Source: Methanobacteriota archaeon (GTDB lineage: Archaea; Thermoplasmatota; Poseidoniia; Poseidoniales; Poseidoniaceae). From it: a stretch of DNA of 60,677 bases. The position numbers and the translations under genes are program-made. The DNA lies in contig JABIWF010000080.1 of assembly GCA_018701175.1 (NCBI GenBank), forward strand, positions 1 to 60,677. Direction: 5' to 3'. Positions 42,359-50,719 of this stretch are shown here, in pieces; the stretch's first letter is position 1, and each line of letters starts with the position of its first letter. Under the pieces are notes generated by a model. That model ran no database searches, was not told where the DNA came from, and saw only the letters and a list, made by a program, of their open reading frames with translations.

Positions 42359-43303
42359 ATGGGCGACCCTAAACGACCACCCCACGACCGTGGGCATGAA
42401 TTGTGGACTGCGGAAGAGGGTCCGTCACGAATGCTTCTTGGAAGCATAGACCGATGGGTTGGGGCACTGCTTGCCGACGATGGCATCACAATGCCTTTCA
42501 TGGGTGGTTCTCAATCCGTGTCTGCTGCAATCCTTGCCCGTTCGGATGGAATTGTTGTTGGCACTTCTGCAGTAGACCATATGCTCCAAATTTGGGCTCC
42601 ATCGCTCAAAATCTCGTGGATGGCCGGTGATGGAAAGAAAGTCTCAAACGGCGATGAAATAGCATCTTTATCCGGTGATAAAGAAACACTTCTTGCAATG
42701 GAACGCAGTATTCTCAATCTCTTGGGCCAACTTTCTGGAATTGCAACAGAAGCGAAACGCTGGTCTGCACGTGCACCAGGGCAGATTGCGTGTACTCGCA
42801 AGACGGTATGGGGGCTCATGGACAAATGGGCCGTTCACCTCGGAGGTGGTCTCACCCATCGTCTTCATCGCAGTGATGCTACAATGCTCAAAGAGAACGA
42901 TTTAGCCACAATGTATGAGGAACACGATGCACATGAAAATCGTATTGTTGCCTATCTTCAAGAATTCACTGGCGAGGACTGTGGAGCGTTTCTTGAAATC
43001 GAAGTTCGTGAAGACAAGGAAGCAATCATGGCCGCAGCCGCTTGGTCTCAACGCGATGATACCAGCAACTTACCTGAATTGGTCGTTATGCTCGATAATT
43101 TTGGCCCTGAACGCTGCAAAGACATCGTTTCACAACTCAAAGAGATGGGCTTGAGGGAAAATCTTTGGCTCGAAGCGAGCGGTGGAATCGTGTATGAACA
43201 ACTCGATGACTGGCACGAAAGTGGCATCGATGTATTGTCAACCAGTGCAGTGAACCGTGGCGTATCTCCTCTCGATCTCTCTATGATTGTTGACGGCGCT
43301 TGA
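42359..43303 (+). CDS. nadC: Nicotinate-nucleotide pyrophosphorylase (quinolinate phosphoribosyltransferase)
   Basis: LLAMERSILNLLGQLSGIATEAKRW, ACTRKTVWGLMDKWAVHLGGGLTHR, MLKENDL, MLDNF, EASGGI. The track ORF starts at 42233; ATG 42359 avoids overlapping the divergent gene. Confidence 0.85.
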   Translation: MGDPKRPPHDRGHELWTAEEGPSRMLLGSIDRWVGALLADDGITMPFMGGSQSVSAAILARSDGIVVGTSAVDHMLQIWAPSLKISWMAGDGKKVSNGDEIASLSGDKETLLAMERSILNLLGQLSGIATEAKRWSARAPGQIACTRKTVWGLMDKWAVHLGGGLTHRLHRSDATMLKENDLATMYEEHDAHENRIVAYLQEFTGEDCGAFLEIEVREDKEAIMAAAAWSQRDDTSNLPELVVMLDNFGPERCKDIVSQLKEMGLRENLWLEASGGIVYEQLDDWHESGIDVLSTSAVNRGVSPLDLSMIVDGA

Positions 43304-43312
43304 GGCGATACG

Positions 43313-44065
43313 ATGGTCGAAATTGCCGCAGACCCAACCCATCCGAGGTATCAGTCGTTGTTGATGCGACACCGACTTGAAGAGGCTGAGAAAAAGGGTA
43401 TGCTCGCTGGGAGCGCCCTCATTGCTCATGGCCGTGGAGAGGCGTATGATTACCTGTTGGGGGAACAGACGATTCCCAGCGCTATGTCGGCCACTAAACA
43501 AGCGCTCGCCCATCTCCTTGCCGCCCAACATCCAGTGATTAGTCTCAACGGTAATGCAGTTGCCCTTGCTGGAAAGGAATTGCTCCATCTTGCTGACCGA
43601 TTAGGATGCCCAGTTGAGATCAATATATTCTATCGAACTCCTGAACGGATGGAAGCATTGATTGGATATTTGACGGCACTCAAAGACGCACATTCCTACG
43701 ATGTTGAAATTTTAGGAGCGCAACCTGACGCCCGGATACCCGGCTTGGAAGGACCTCGTGCGAACTGCGTTAAGCGAGGAATCTTTGACTCGGATGTTCT
43801 CTTGGTCCCTCTTGAAGACGGAGACCGTTGTGAGGCACTGATGGCCATGGGTAAAACAGTTCTCGTAGTCGACCTCAATCCACTTTCACGCACAGCACAA
43901 ATGGCTTCAGTTACGATGGTAGACGAACTTTCTCGGGTCGTTGAAAACATGAATAATCTCATGACCGCTGGTGAACTTCCAAAGTTTTCCAATGAATACA
44001 GCAACGAATTCTCTCTCCAAGATGCGTTAAATCACATCAAAGATTTCTTAACTTCAAGTAACTGA
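43313..44065 (+). CDS. Archaeal 4-phosphopantoate--beta-alanine ligase (phosphopantothenate synthetase, COG1701)
   Basis: DPTHPRYQSLLMRHRLEEAEKKGMLAGSALIAHGRGEAYDYLLGEQT and PVISLNGNAVALAG match the conserved N-terminal blocks of this archaea-specific CoA-pathway enzyme. Confidence 0.8.
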   Translation: MVEIAADPTHPRYQSLLMRHRLEEAEKKGMLAGSALIAHGRGEAYDYLLGEQTIPSAMSATKQALAHLLAAQHPVISLNGNAVALAGKELLHLADRLGCPVEINIFYRTPERMEALIGYLTALKDAHSYDVEILGAQPDARIPGLEGPRANCVKRGIFDSDVLLVPLEDGDRCEALMAMGKTVLVVDLNPLSRTAQMASVTMVDELSRVVENMNNLMTAGELPKFSNEYSNEFSLQDALNHIKDFLTSSN

Positions 44066-44087
44066 AGCATTTTGCTACAATTCCGTA

Positions 44088-45272
44088 TCAGAATCGCTCT
44101 TGCAGTTTGGTAGAAAGCCGTGAAGCAATGCTTTCTCCGATGCCGGAGCATGTTGCGGTGCCACCAAGGTCGTAGGTGAGGCCTTTTCCTTCACGGAGAT
44201 GGTCAGCAACACTTTCATCGATGAGACTTCCAATTTGAATCAGTTGCTCGTCGTTGTTCTTCCGACCGAGCCAGTCCATCATGAGTTGAATTGAGTTAAT
44301 GCTCGCAATTGGATTGACTTTGTTCATTCCTGCGTATTTTGGTGCCGAACCGTGAACCGGTTCGAAGAATGCATTCTTGTCACCAATGTTTCCGGATGCC
44401 GCCATACCCATTCCTCCTTGTAGGACAGCGCCGAGGTCAGTAGCAATATCACCAAACATGTTCGATGTAACGACGACATCATAACTTTCTGGGCTTCGTG
44501 TGAGCCATTGGGTGAAAGCGTCAATGAATCCGTAATCGAGTTCGGTTCCTGGATAGTTTTGTGAGACTTTCTCAAAAGTCCGTCGGAACAATTGGCAACC
44601 CCGTGTTACGTTGGATTTGTCGATGCATGAAACGCGCTTTTTACCATCGATAGGAGCTCCGTTTCGAGTTTCAGCAATTTCGAAACCCATTCGAATCAAT
44701 CGCTCGCTGCCGTGTTCCGAAATCGGTCTTGGGTCGTAAGCGATTTCCCCTTGGAGGCCAGGGAATGTCATTTCTGGAGGTTCATATGGAGTACGGCCCA
44801 TTGCCCGATCTGCACTTCGTCGCAGAAGAGAATGGTACAGTCCTTCTGTGTTTTCTCGGAGGATGGTCATGTCGACCATGCCCGGCTCCCAAATCTGGGT
44901 GAATTTGCCGTGAACTTTGTGAGGAACGCCTTCATACAACTTAATCGGACGTAGATTTGCGTACAAGTCCAGTCCGCTGCGTAGGCCGAGGATAACAGAG
45001 CCGCCAGCAAGGTCGCCGTTTGGGAGGAATGCACCGGGGTGGCCAATAGCACCGAGGTAGAGAGCATCGGCTTCTTCACGGCAGAAATCAAAGGAACCTT
45101 CTGCCCACTCATGGCCTGTTTCGACGTAATGTTGTCCGCCACAAGGAATCACTGTTTGCTCGAATCCTTGGTTTGTATGTTGCTCTATGGTGTTGAGAAT
45201 ACGTTGAGCCTCAATCGCAACTTCTCGCCCCGTTCCATCGCCCGGTAAAATGCCAATTCGATAGTCAGCCAT
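44088..45272 (-). CDS. Isopropylmalate/isocitrate/tartrate dehydrogenase-family beta-decarboxylating dehydrogenase
   Basis: [71 protein letters not shown]. The track ORF extends to 45290; MADYRIGIL at 45272 is the more typical start. Confidence 0.85.
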   Translation of the reverse strand: MADYRIGILPGDGTGREVAIEAQRILNTIEQHTNQGFEQTVIPCGGQHYVETGHEWAEGSFDFCREEADALYLGAIGHPGAFLPNGDLAGGSVILGLRSGLDLYANLRPIKLYEGVPHKVHGKFTQIWEPGMVDMTILRENTEGLYHSLLRRSADRAMGRTPYEPPEMTFPGLQGEIAYDPRPISEHGSERLIRMGFEIAETRNGAPIDGKKRVSCIDKSNVTRGCQLFRRTFEKVSQNYPGTELDYGFIDAFTQWLTRSPESYDVVVTSNMFGDIATDLGAVLQGGMGMAASGNIGDKNAFFEPVHGSAPKYAGMNKVNPIASINSIQLMMDWLGRKNNDEQLIQIGSLIDESVADHLREGKGLTYDLGGTATCSGIGESIASRLSTKLQERF

Positions 45273-45497
45273 GTTTTTTCGCATGGGCAACCCCTACATG
45301 AACGCGCCCCCCGTTGAGCGATGATTTCCTGTTTCACAGGGCTGCTCTTTTTGGCGGCCGGTCATCGTTTGAGGCCGATGACCAGTGGAATTGTTTGGGG
45401 CGTAGGAACAGAGGGATATGTCGCTGTTTTTCAGTGGAACTCAAGGTCCTATGTGGAAGAGAGTATTCATAGGCTGTCATGGGGGAGAGTATTGAAC

Positions 45498-46145
45498 ATG
45501 AGCGACAAACAACACAAGATTTCTGGAGACCGGATTGCTGTCGAACTCATGCCCGCTGAAGTACAGCGTTTGACCGAAATCATGCGGGGAGTTAATCCTG
45601 ATTGGAGTCTTGAAGAATGGTTATCTGAGCAGGCATCTGCAATGCTTGAACTCGTTCATGCTGACCTCAATAGAGAGAGGATGGTCATCGAACAGCGTTT
45701 GCACAGACTGCAGGCTATTCAACACCGCTTTCTTGATGACGAAGGTGCGGATTCAGACCCAAATCAGAGAAATATCTTCGATTGTTTTGACCTCCAAGTT
45801 GACTCAAGCCTGAAGGGGCTAGGTAAGCGAACAGCGGTGAGCGAGGATGCGAAACAAACCACTCCTTCAGTCGACGAAGTAATGCATCCTGCAAACAATT
45901 TCATCGAACTGCTGCCAGACGATGAAAGCGACGACCCGTTGCTCGCTGTAGTCTGTCAAATGCTTCTTATTCATGTTGAGTCTGAGTTGGCCAAAGGCCA
46001 CCCCTGTGCAACACTTGAGACAATTTTCAAGGAACTAAACTCCAGTGGAATCAGTCCAGAAGAAATCGATGAAGCGTTGGATTATTCTCTCATGAACGGT
46101 ACACTCATCGAAATTGATGACGATTGTTTTGTGCCTCTGCAATAA
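45498..46145 (+). CDS. Hypothetical acidic protein, possible C-terminal winged helix
   Basis: The likely start is ATG 45498 (MSDKQHK), preceded by GGGGGAGAG; the track ORF begins at 45321. C-terminus: TLETIFKELNSSGISPEEIDEALDYSLMNGTLIEIDDDCFVPL. Confidence 0.5.
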   Translation: MSDKQHKISGDRIAVELMPAEVQRLTEIMRGVNPDWSLEEWLSEQASAMLELVHADLNRERMVIEQRLHRLQAIQHRFLDDEGADSDPNQRNIFDCFDLQVDSSLKGLGKRTAVSEDAKQTTPSVDEVMHPANNFIELLPDDESDDPLLAVVCQMLLIHVESELAKGHPCATLETIFKELNSSGISPEEIDEALDYSLMNGTLIEIDDDCFVPLQ

Positions 46146-46183
46146 GCGGTAAATTGACACCCCTGCGCCCTTTGCCCATCACC

Positions 46184-46498
46184 ATGGCGACACGCAAGGA
46201 AAGCGCTCAGCGGCTTCTCGACACGTTGAAATCCAAGAGAAAATTGCGTAACATGGTAATTTTTTCTGTAAGCCAAGCTGTCGTTTTGAGCGGCCTAATC
46301 TGGTATTTCACTTCACAATGGCAATTTGCTGTTGCGGCAATTTTCATCATTGGGGTGTTCATTCAATTTGCATTTGAGCGGATGACGATTAGTATTGAAG
46401 CCAGTCGCGTAAAGGCTCTCGCCGACCTCGGTTGGAAAGAAGATTCGCTCAGCGATGAAGAATACCTTGTCCGAATTGAAAAAGCACTCAACGGCTAG
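46184..46498 (+). CDS. Small membrane protein (2 TM)
   Basis: MATRKESAQRLLDTLKSKRKLRNMVIFSVSQAVVLSGLIWYF...FAVAAIFIIGVFIQFAF. The track ORF starts at 46124, inside the previous gene. Confidence 0.5.
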   Translation: MATRKESAQRLLDTLKSKRKLRNMVIFSVSQAVVLSGLIWYFTSQWQFAVAAIFIIGVFIQFAFERMTISIEASRVKALADLGWKEDSLSDEEYLVRIEKALNG

Positions 46499-46506
46499 GG
46501 GTTTCC

Positions 46507-47205
46507 ATGGAAAATCCAGGTGATTTTTTCATTCGGCATTATTTTGCCGAAGAGAAACAACAGCGCCAACACCGCCTCTACCTTCGTCTTCTAGCATCTT
46601 TTCTTACGGTATTTGTTCTCGCAGTCATGCAAATGTACCGTGGTTCTCTTTTCGAATCGTCTGTGTTTGCTCTTGCGTCGATTGCCATCGTTTTCTCCAT
46701 TCGTTTTCGTTCCATCCGTAGAGCACGCGAACGAGAAGAAGCATTGTTCAGTTTGCTTGAAGTCGATCCAGCCGTTTTTGACCACCCTTCTCGTATGGAA
46801 ATAGCATTGAGGGCAGCACAATCAGGTTCTTTTCAAACGATTCAAGTTTCGAAAACTCAGCGCAGAAACCGCGGTTCGGATGAGAAGGGCTTCACATCAG
46901 GCAAGACAGCATCACCTCTTGATTCTGCTTTACAACGGCGGGATTCTTCGCTTTCTGACGGCAACTTCGATGGCCTTGAGGATGACTTACGGCCGTCAGA
47001 ACTTTTGGTCTCCGAGGCCAATGTTCGCTACGAACAGATTGCTCAACAACGGTGGAAAGATTCCGAGTCGAATGACCAAGATCTCATTGAAGCAGGCGTT
47101 GAGCGGCTCGGCGATTTGGTTCGTACCGATTGGTTTGAGAAAAATGCCAAGGATGGCGCAGTGGAGGCATTGATGGAATCCAAGAGCGAAGACGAGCCTG
47201 TTTGA
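46507..47205 (+). CDS. Hypothetical membrane protein (2 TM + charged C-terminal domain)
   Basis: LRLLASFLTVFVLAVMQMY and SVFALASIAIVFSI, followed by a hydrophilic region. No family recognised. Confidence 0.55.
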   Translation: MENPGDFFIRHYFAEEKQQRQHRLYLRLLASFLTVFVLAVMQMYRGSLFESSVFALASIAIVFSIRFRSIRRAREREEALFSLLEVDPAVFDHPSRMEIALRAAQSGSFQTIQVSKTQRRNRGSDEKGFTSGKTASPLDSALQRRDSSLSDGNFDGLEDDLRPSELLVSEANVRYEQIAQQRWKDSESNDQDLIEAGVERLGDLVRTDWFEKNAKDGAVEALMESKSEDEPV

Positions 47206-47241
47206 GGCAAGCCCAATAAGTACGACCTTCTGGCCTCTCTT

Positions 47242-47988
47242 ATGATGACCACCGCCATTTTAGTAGCAGGCGGTCATGGAAGTCGATTGTATCCCTTCAC
47301 TCGTTACACTCAAAAAACACTGTTGCCTTTGTACAACAGGCCAGTTATTGACTTCGTACTCGGAACTATACGCCGTTCCGGAATCAAAGACATCACCATC
47401 ATTTCCAACGAATTCATCGGTCAAATTGCGCAGCATGTAGGCGCTGGTTTTGAAGGAGAAAAAATCCATTATGTTCTCGAAGAAGAACCTCAAGGTGTTG
47501 CGGCAGCACTCAATCTTGCACGCCCATACAACGAGGACTGCCGGGTATTGGTCTACTTCTCCGACAACATCACAACACTCGAACTGAAAGAGGAAGTTAC
47601 TCGCTTCAACACCTCTGAAGAGAGCCCGGGTTGCGTGCTCTTGGCTCGAGAAGAACAGAACCCTGAAGCATTCGGAGTTGCCGTCACTGATGGAGAGGGT
47701 AACATCACAGATATTGTCGAAAAGCCACAAAATCCTCCTTCGAATCTTGCAATTGGCGGGATATACTTGTTTGATGAGAACTTTTGGCATTACTTGGACC
47801 AAGCTGTTGAGGAGCGAGGTGAATCAGTCTCAATTTCCGACGTCACGCGACAATATGTTCACCAAGGCAAGGCTAAATTACTCTCAGTAGGGCATGAAAC
47901 ATGGGTCGATTGTGGCACACCTGACTCTTTGTTACTCGCTTCTCAAATGGTGAAGGATGGCAAATTAAATCCAAACCCTCACCGCTGA
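47242..47988 (+). CDS. Sugar-1-phosphate nucleotidyltransferase (RmlA/G1P-thymidylyltransferase-like)
   Basis: TAILVAGGHGSRLYPFTRYTQKTLLPLYNRPVIDF, EEPQGVAAAL, IGGIYLFD. Confidence 0.8.
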   Translation: MMTTAILVAGGHGSRLYPFTRYTQKTLLPLYNRPVIDFVLGTIRRSGIKDITIISNEFIGQIAQHVGAGFEGEKIHYVLEEEPQGVAAALNLARPYNEDCRVLVYFSDNITTLELKEEVTRFNTSEESPGCVLLAREEQNPEAFGVAVTDGEGNITDIVEKPQNPPSNLAIGGIYLFDENFWHYLDQAVEERGESVSISDVTRQYVHQGKAKLLSVGHETWVDCGTPDSLLLASQMVKDGKLNPNPHR

Positions 47989-48030
47989 TCGAACATTACA
48001 ATCAAAGCCTACCGTCGCTGGCATTCATCC

Positions 48031-48855
48031 GTGAAGATCGGCATCATTGGCGCTGGGATGGTCGGCGGGGCGATTGAGCATTGTTTTTCAGATGCTCATG
48101 AACTGTTCGTTCACGACCCAGCACGGGGGACAGAACTTTCCATTGTCACTGAGAATGTGGACTTTGCTTACATCGCTGTTCCGACACCACCGCACCCTGA
48201 TACTGGTGCGTGCGATACTCGAATTGTTGAATCGACTTTGGATGCCTTGCCCGAAGGTTTCACGGCGGTTATCAAAAGCACCGTCATCCCAGGAACCACT
48301 CAACGCTATCACGAGCAATATCCTCATCTAAAAATCGCTTTCTCACCGGAGTTTTTGGTAGAACGTCGTCGCCTTGAAGACTTTGCTAATCAAGATATTT
48401 TGGTTTGTGGAACACATCATTCAGATGTTGCTGAACGGGTTTTTGAACAGCATCGGCAAGCCGGAGTACTCCGTCGAGACCAAACCTTTCATGTTACGCC
48501 TACTCAGGCTGAACTTGTCAAATACACCAAGAATACATTTTACGCCATGAAAGTCACATTCGCCAATCAATTGTACGACATTTGCCAAGCAATGGGCGAA
48601 GATTGGTACTCGATTCGAGACATGATTACCGCTGAACAAGCTCAACCAATTGGCCCATCTCATTTAGACCCGATTTTCGGACTCAACCGTGGATTTGGTG
48701 GCAAATGCCTGCCAAAAGACTCCCTTGCCCTTGGCGTTCTTGCTGAAGAGTTGGATTGTAAATACGATTGGATGGATGCAATGCAAACCGACAACATCCG
48801 CTTGCGAAATATACTGACTGGGAAACCCAGTGATGTCGTTACGAACGACGATTAA
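48031..48855 (+). CDS. Short UDP-glucose/GDP-mannose dehydrogenase-family protein (lacks C-terminal UDP-binding domain)
   Basis: GTG start. NAD fold [13 protein letters not shown] and catalytic-Cys motif [10 protein letters not shown]. The protein stops about 50 aa after the motif (274 aa in total). Confidence 0.7.
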   Translation: MKIGIIGAGMVGGAIEHCFSDAHELFVHDPARGTELSIVTENVDFAYIAVPTPPHPDTGACDTRIVESTLDALPEGFTAVIKSTVIPGTTQRYHEQYPHLKIAFSPEFLVERRRLEDFANQDILVCGTHHSDVAERVFEQHRQAGVLRRDQTFHVTPTQAELVKYTKNTFYAMKVTFANQLYDICQAMGEDWYSIRDMITAEQAQPIGPSHLDPIFGLNRGFGGKCLPKDSLALGVLAEELDCKYDWMDAMQTDNIRLRNILTGKPSDVVTNDD

Positions 48856-48856
48856 T

Positions 48857-49294
48857 ATGGAAAACAACTCAAAATTCTCTCAACTCGCACCCAGAGGTTC
48901 TCTGCAGAGGTTTACTCTCGCCGGAGGTTTCAACAGCGCCGTGTTTTTTTTGATGTGGGAATGCATTCGATTTTTTCTTGATGATGACAAAACGAGTATC
49001 CGTATTGCTTGGGCGGTGGCATGGGGCGCAACGGCGTTCATGGCTCATTTTATTCATCGATGGTTCACTTTTGACAACCGGAAATCTATGCAATGGACCA
49101 TTGGCTCATCCATTGGTGCCTATGCGTTTAGTCTTACAGGATCAACCTACACCATCGGATTGTTTGCAAACGAGCAGGGAGGCACATTGCGCCTGCTTGG
49201 GATAGCCAACATGCTGGCTTGGGGTTTGATTATATGGGCCATCATGCGCCTTTTCGTGTTCCAGTATCGAGTTGATAAGACTCAAACAGCGTGA
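48857..49294 (+). CDS. GtrA-like membrane protein
   Basis: LQRFTLAGGFNSAVFFLMWE...AFMAHFIHRWFTF with 4 TM helices. ATG 48857 lies 2 nt after the preceding stop. Confidence 0.65.
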   Translation: MENNSKFSQLAPRGSLQRFTLAGGFNSAVFFLMWECIRFFLDDDKTSIRIAWAVAWGATAFMAHFIHRWFTFDNRKSMQWTIGSSIGAYAFSLTGSTYTIGLFANEQGGTLRLLGIANMLAWGLIIWAIMRLFVFQYRVDKTQTA

Positions 49295-49653
49295 GTTTCC
49301 AACAATTCGAGTGGCACGATAAGAAGGGCTTTTTGATGCGTTGCTTCAAGGTCAATCGGGCATCCTTTGCCGGCGTTCAGTGCTGCCAGCCATGTTCGGG
49401 CGCAGACGCACCACGAGTCGCCCGGTTTAAGCCCTGGAAAGGAGAATTGAGGCGCAGGTGTCATCAAATCGTTACCTTGTGATTTGGCGAATTCGAGAAA
49501 TTCTTTCGTTACAACGCAACACACCGTATGCGAACCACGGTCATTTTCGTCGGTATTGCACTTTCCGTCACGATACCACCCAGTGTTCGGGTCACAAGAA
49601 CATGTGTCGAGCGGGTGTCCTAATACATTCAGACTCGGTTCCATGGCCACCAC
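49282..49653 (-). CDS. DUF2237-family protein
   Basis: NVLGHPLDTCSCDPNTGWYRDGKCNTDENDRGSHTVCCVVTKEFLEFAKSQGNDL...FPGLKPGDSWCVCA matches the conserved DUF2237 core almost residue for residue. Confidence 0.85.
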   Translation of the reverse strand: MVAMEPSLNVLGHPLDTCSCDPNTGWYRDGKCNTDENDRGSHTVCCVVTKEFLEFAKSQGNDLMTPAPQFSFPGLKPGDSWCVCARTWLAALNAGKGCPIDLEATHQKALLIVPLELLETHAV

Positions 49654-49781
49654 AACCGGTAGTTAGTCATCAACTCTTGCATTACACCTCGTCGTCGGAA
49701 TCATTCTCTCGGTTTCAAAACATGAAGGAATACTCGAAAACCGGCGTTGGGTTCTAAGTCTATGTCCGCTACGGCAGTGCA

Positions 49782-50213
49782 ATGCTACCGGATACAGTCC
49801 ACAAACTACCCCGAGAAGAACGCTTCGCTTATGCTCGCCTGCTGGCGTTCATGGCTCGTGTTGATAACGAACTTACCGTTGACGAAATGGCTATGTTCGA
49901 ACAACGGCTGGGAACCGCATTATTGTCCCCTTCACAACGTAAGATGATTCGAAACGCATTGAAAACACCACCTTCTCTTGAAGAATGCCTTGATGGCATG
50001 GGTGAAGAAGCAGGACGTCTTGCTCTTCGAGATGCAACCTTGATGGCAGCAGCTGATGGCGATGTGGACGACGATGAAAAAGAAGTCTTACAACAAATTG
50101 TTGAGCACTTTGGCTTGGCTTCGGACTCCATGGAACGCTTGCTCAAGTGGACCTCTCAAGGATATGTATGGATGCAGAAGGGCTACGACATTCTGAACGA
50201 GATTTCGGAGTGA
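49782..50213 (+). CDS. TerB-like (tellurite-resistance TerB fold) protein, paralogue 1
   Basis: FAYARLLAFMARVDNELTVDEMAMFEQRL and LALRDATLMAAADGDVDDDEKEVLQQIVEHFGL parallel the two ADG..(D/E)..E half-repeats of TerB. Confidence 0.7.
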   Translation: MLPDTVHKLPREERFAYARLLAFMARVDNELTVDEMAMFEQRLGTALLSPSQRKMIRNALKTPPSLEECLDGMGEEAGRLALRDATLMAAADGDVDDDEKEVLQQIVEHFGLASDSMERLLKWTSQGYVWMQKGYDILNEISE

Positions 50214-50644
50214 AGTCTGTGTATCTTGATTTAGCGGTGGACTTCGCTCAAGAAGATGTCACTGGATACGCTGAACTGATGGTCATCGTTGCTTCAGCAG
50301 ACGGTGCTCTGGTCAAAGAAGAATTAGCAATAATCGAAGCACTCATGGGCCGATGTATGATGCATCCGGAGATGAGAGTAAATATCCGAAACATGCTTGA
50401 AAATCCTCCTGCTTTGGATTTAGTTGTATCAAGACTGAACCCTGTGGTCCTAAAAATCGCCCTTCGAGATGCCATGCTTGTCGCAGCTGTTGACGGTGAA
50501 TACGATGATTCAGAAATTAAAATAATCAAGGCCTTAGCGAAAGCCGCCGGAGTACGCAAAAAGGAACTCTCTGCTCTGTTTGAGTGGGTTAAATCTGGTT
50601 GGAAATGGCACAATGAAAGTTTCCAGTATTTGGGTCTGTTGTGA
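50210..50644 (+). CDS. TerB-like protein, paralogue 2
   Basis: YAELMVIVASADGALVKEELAIIEALMG and IALRDAMLVAAVDGEYDDSEIKIIKALAKAAGV. The likely GTG start at 50210 overlaps the upstream stop (GTGA). The track ORF starts at 50147. Confidence 0.7.
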   Translation: MKSVYLDLAVDFAQEDVTGYAELMVIVASADGALVKEELAIIEALMGRCMMHPEMRVNIRNMLENPPALDLVVSRLNPVVLKIALRDAMLVAAVDGEYDDSEIKIIKALAKAAGVRKKELSALFEWVKSGWKWHNESFQYLGLL

Positions 50645-50719
50645 ATTTCAAACCACGCGATTTTAGACCCCTTTTGTAAGGGTCACATTCAAACCGGACA
50701 AGCCAGCCCGCTAGGTTGG

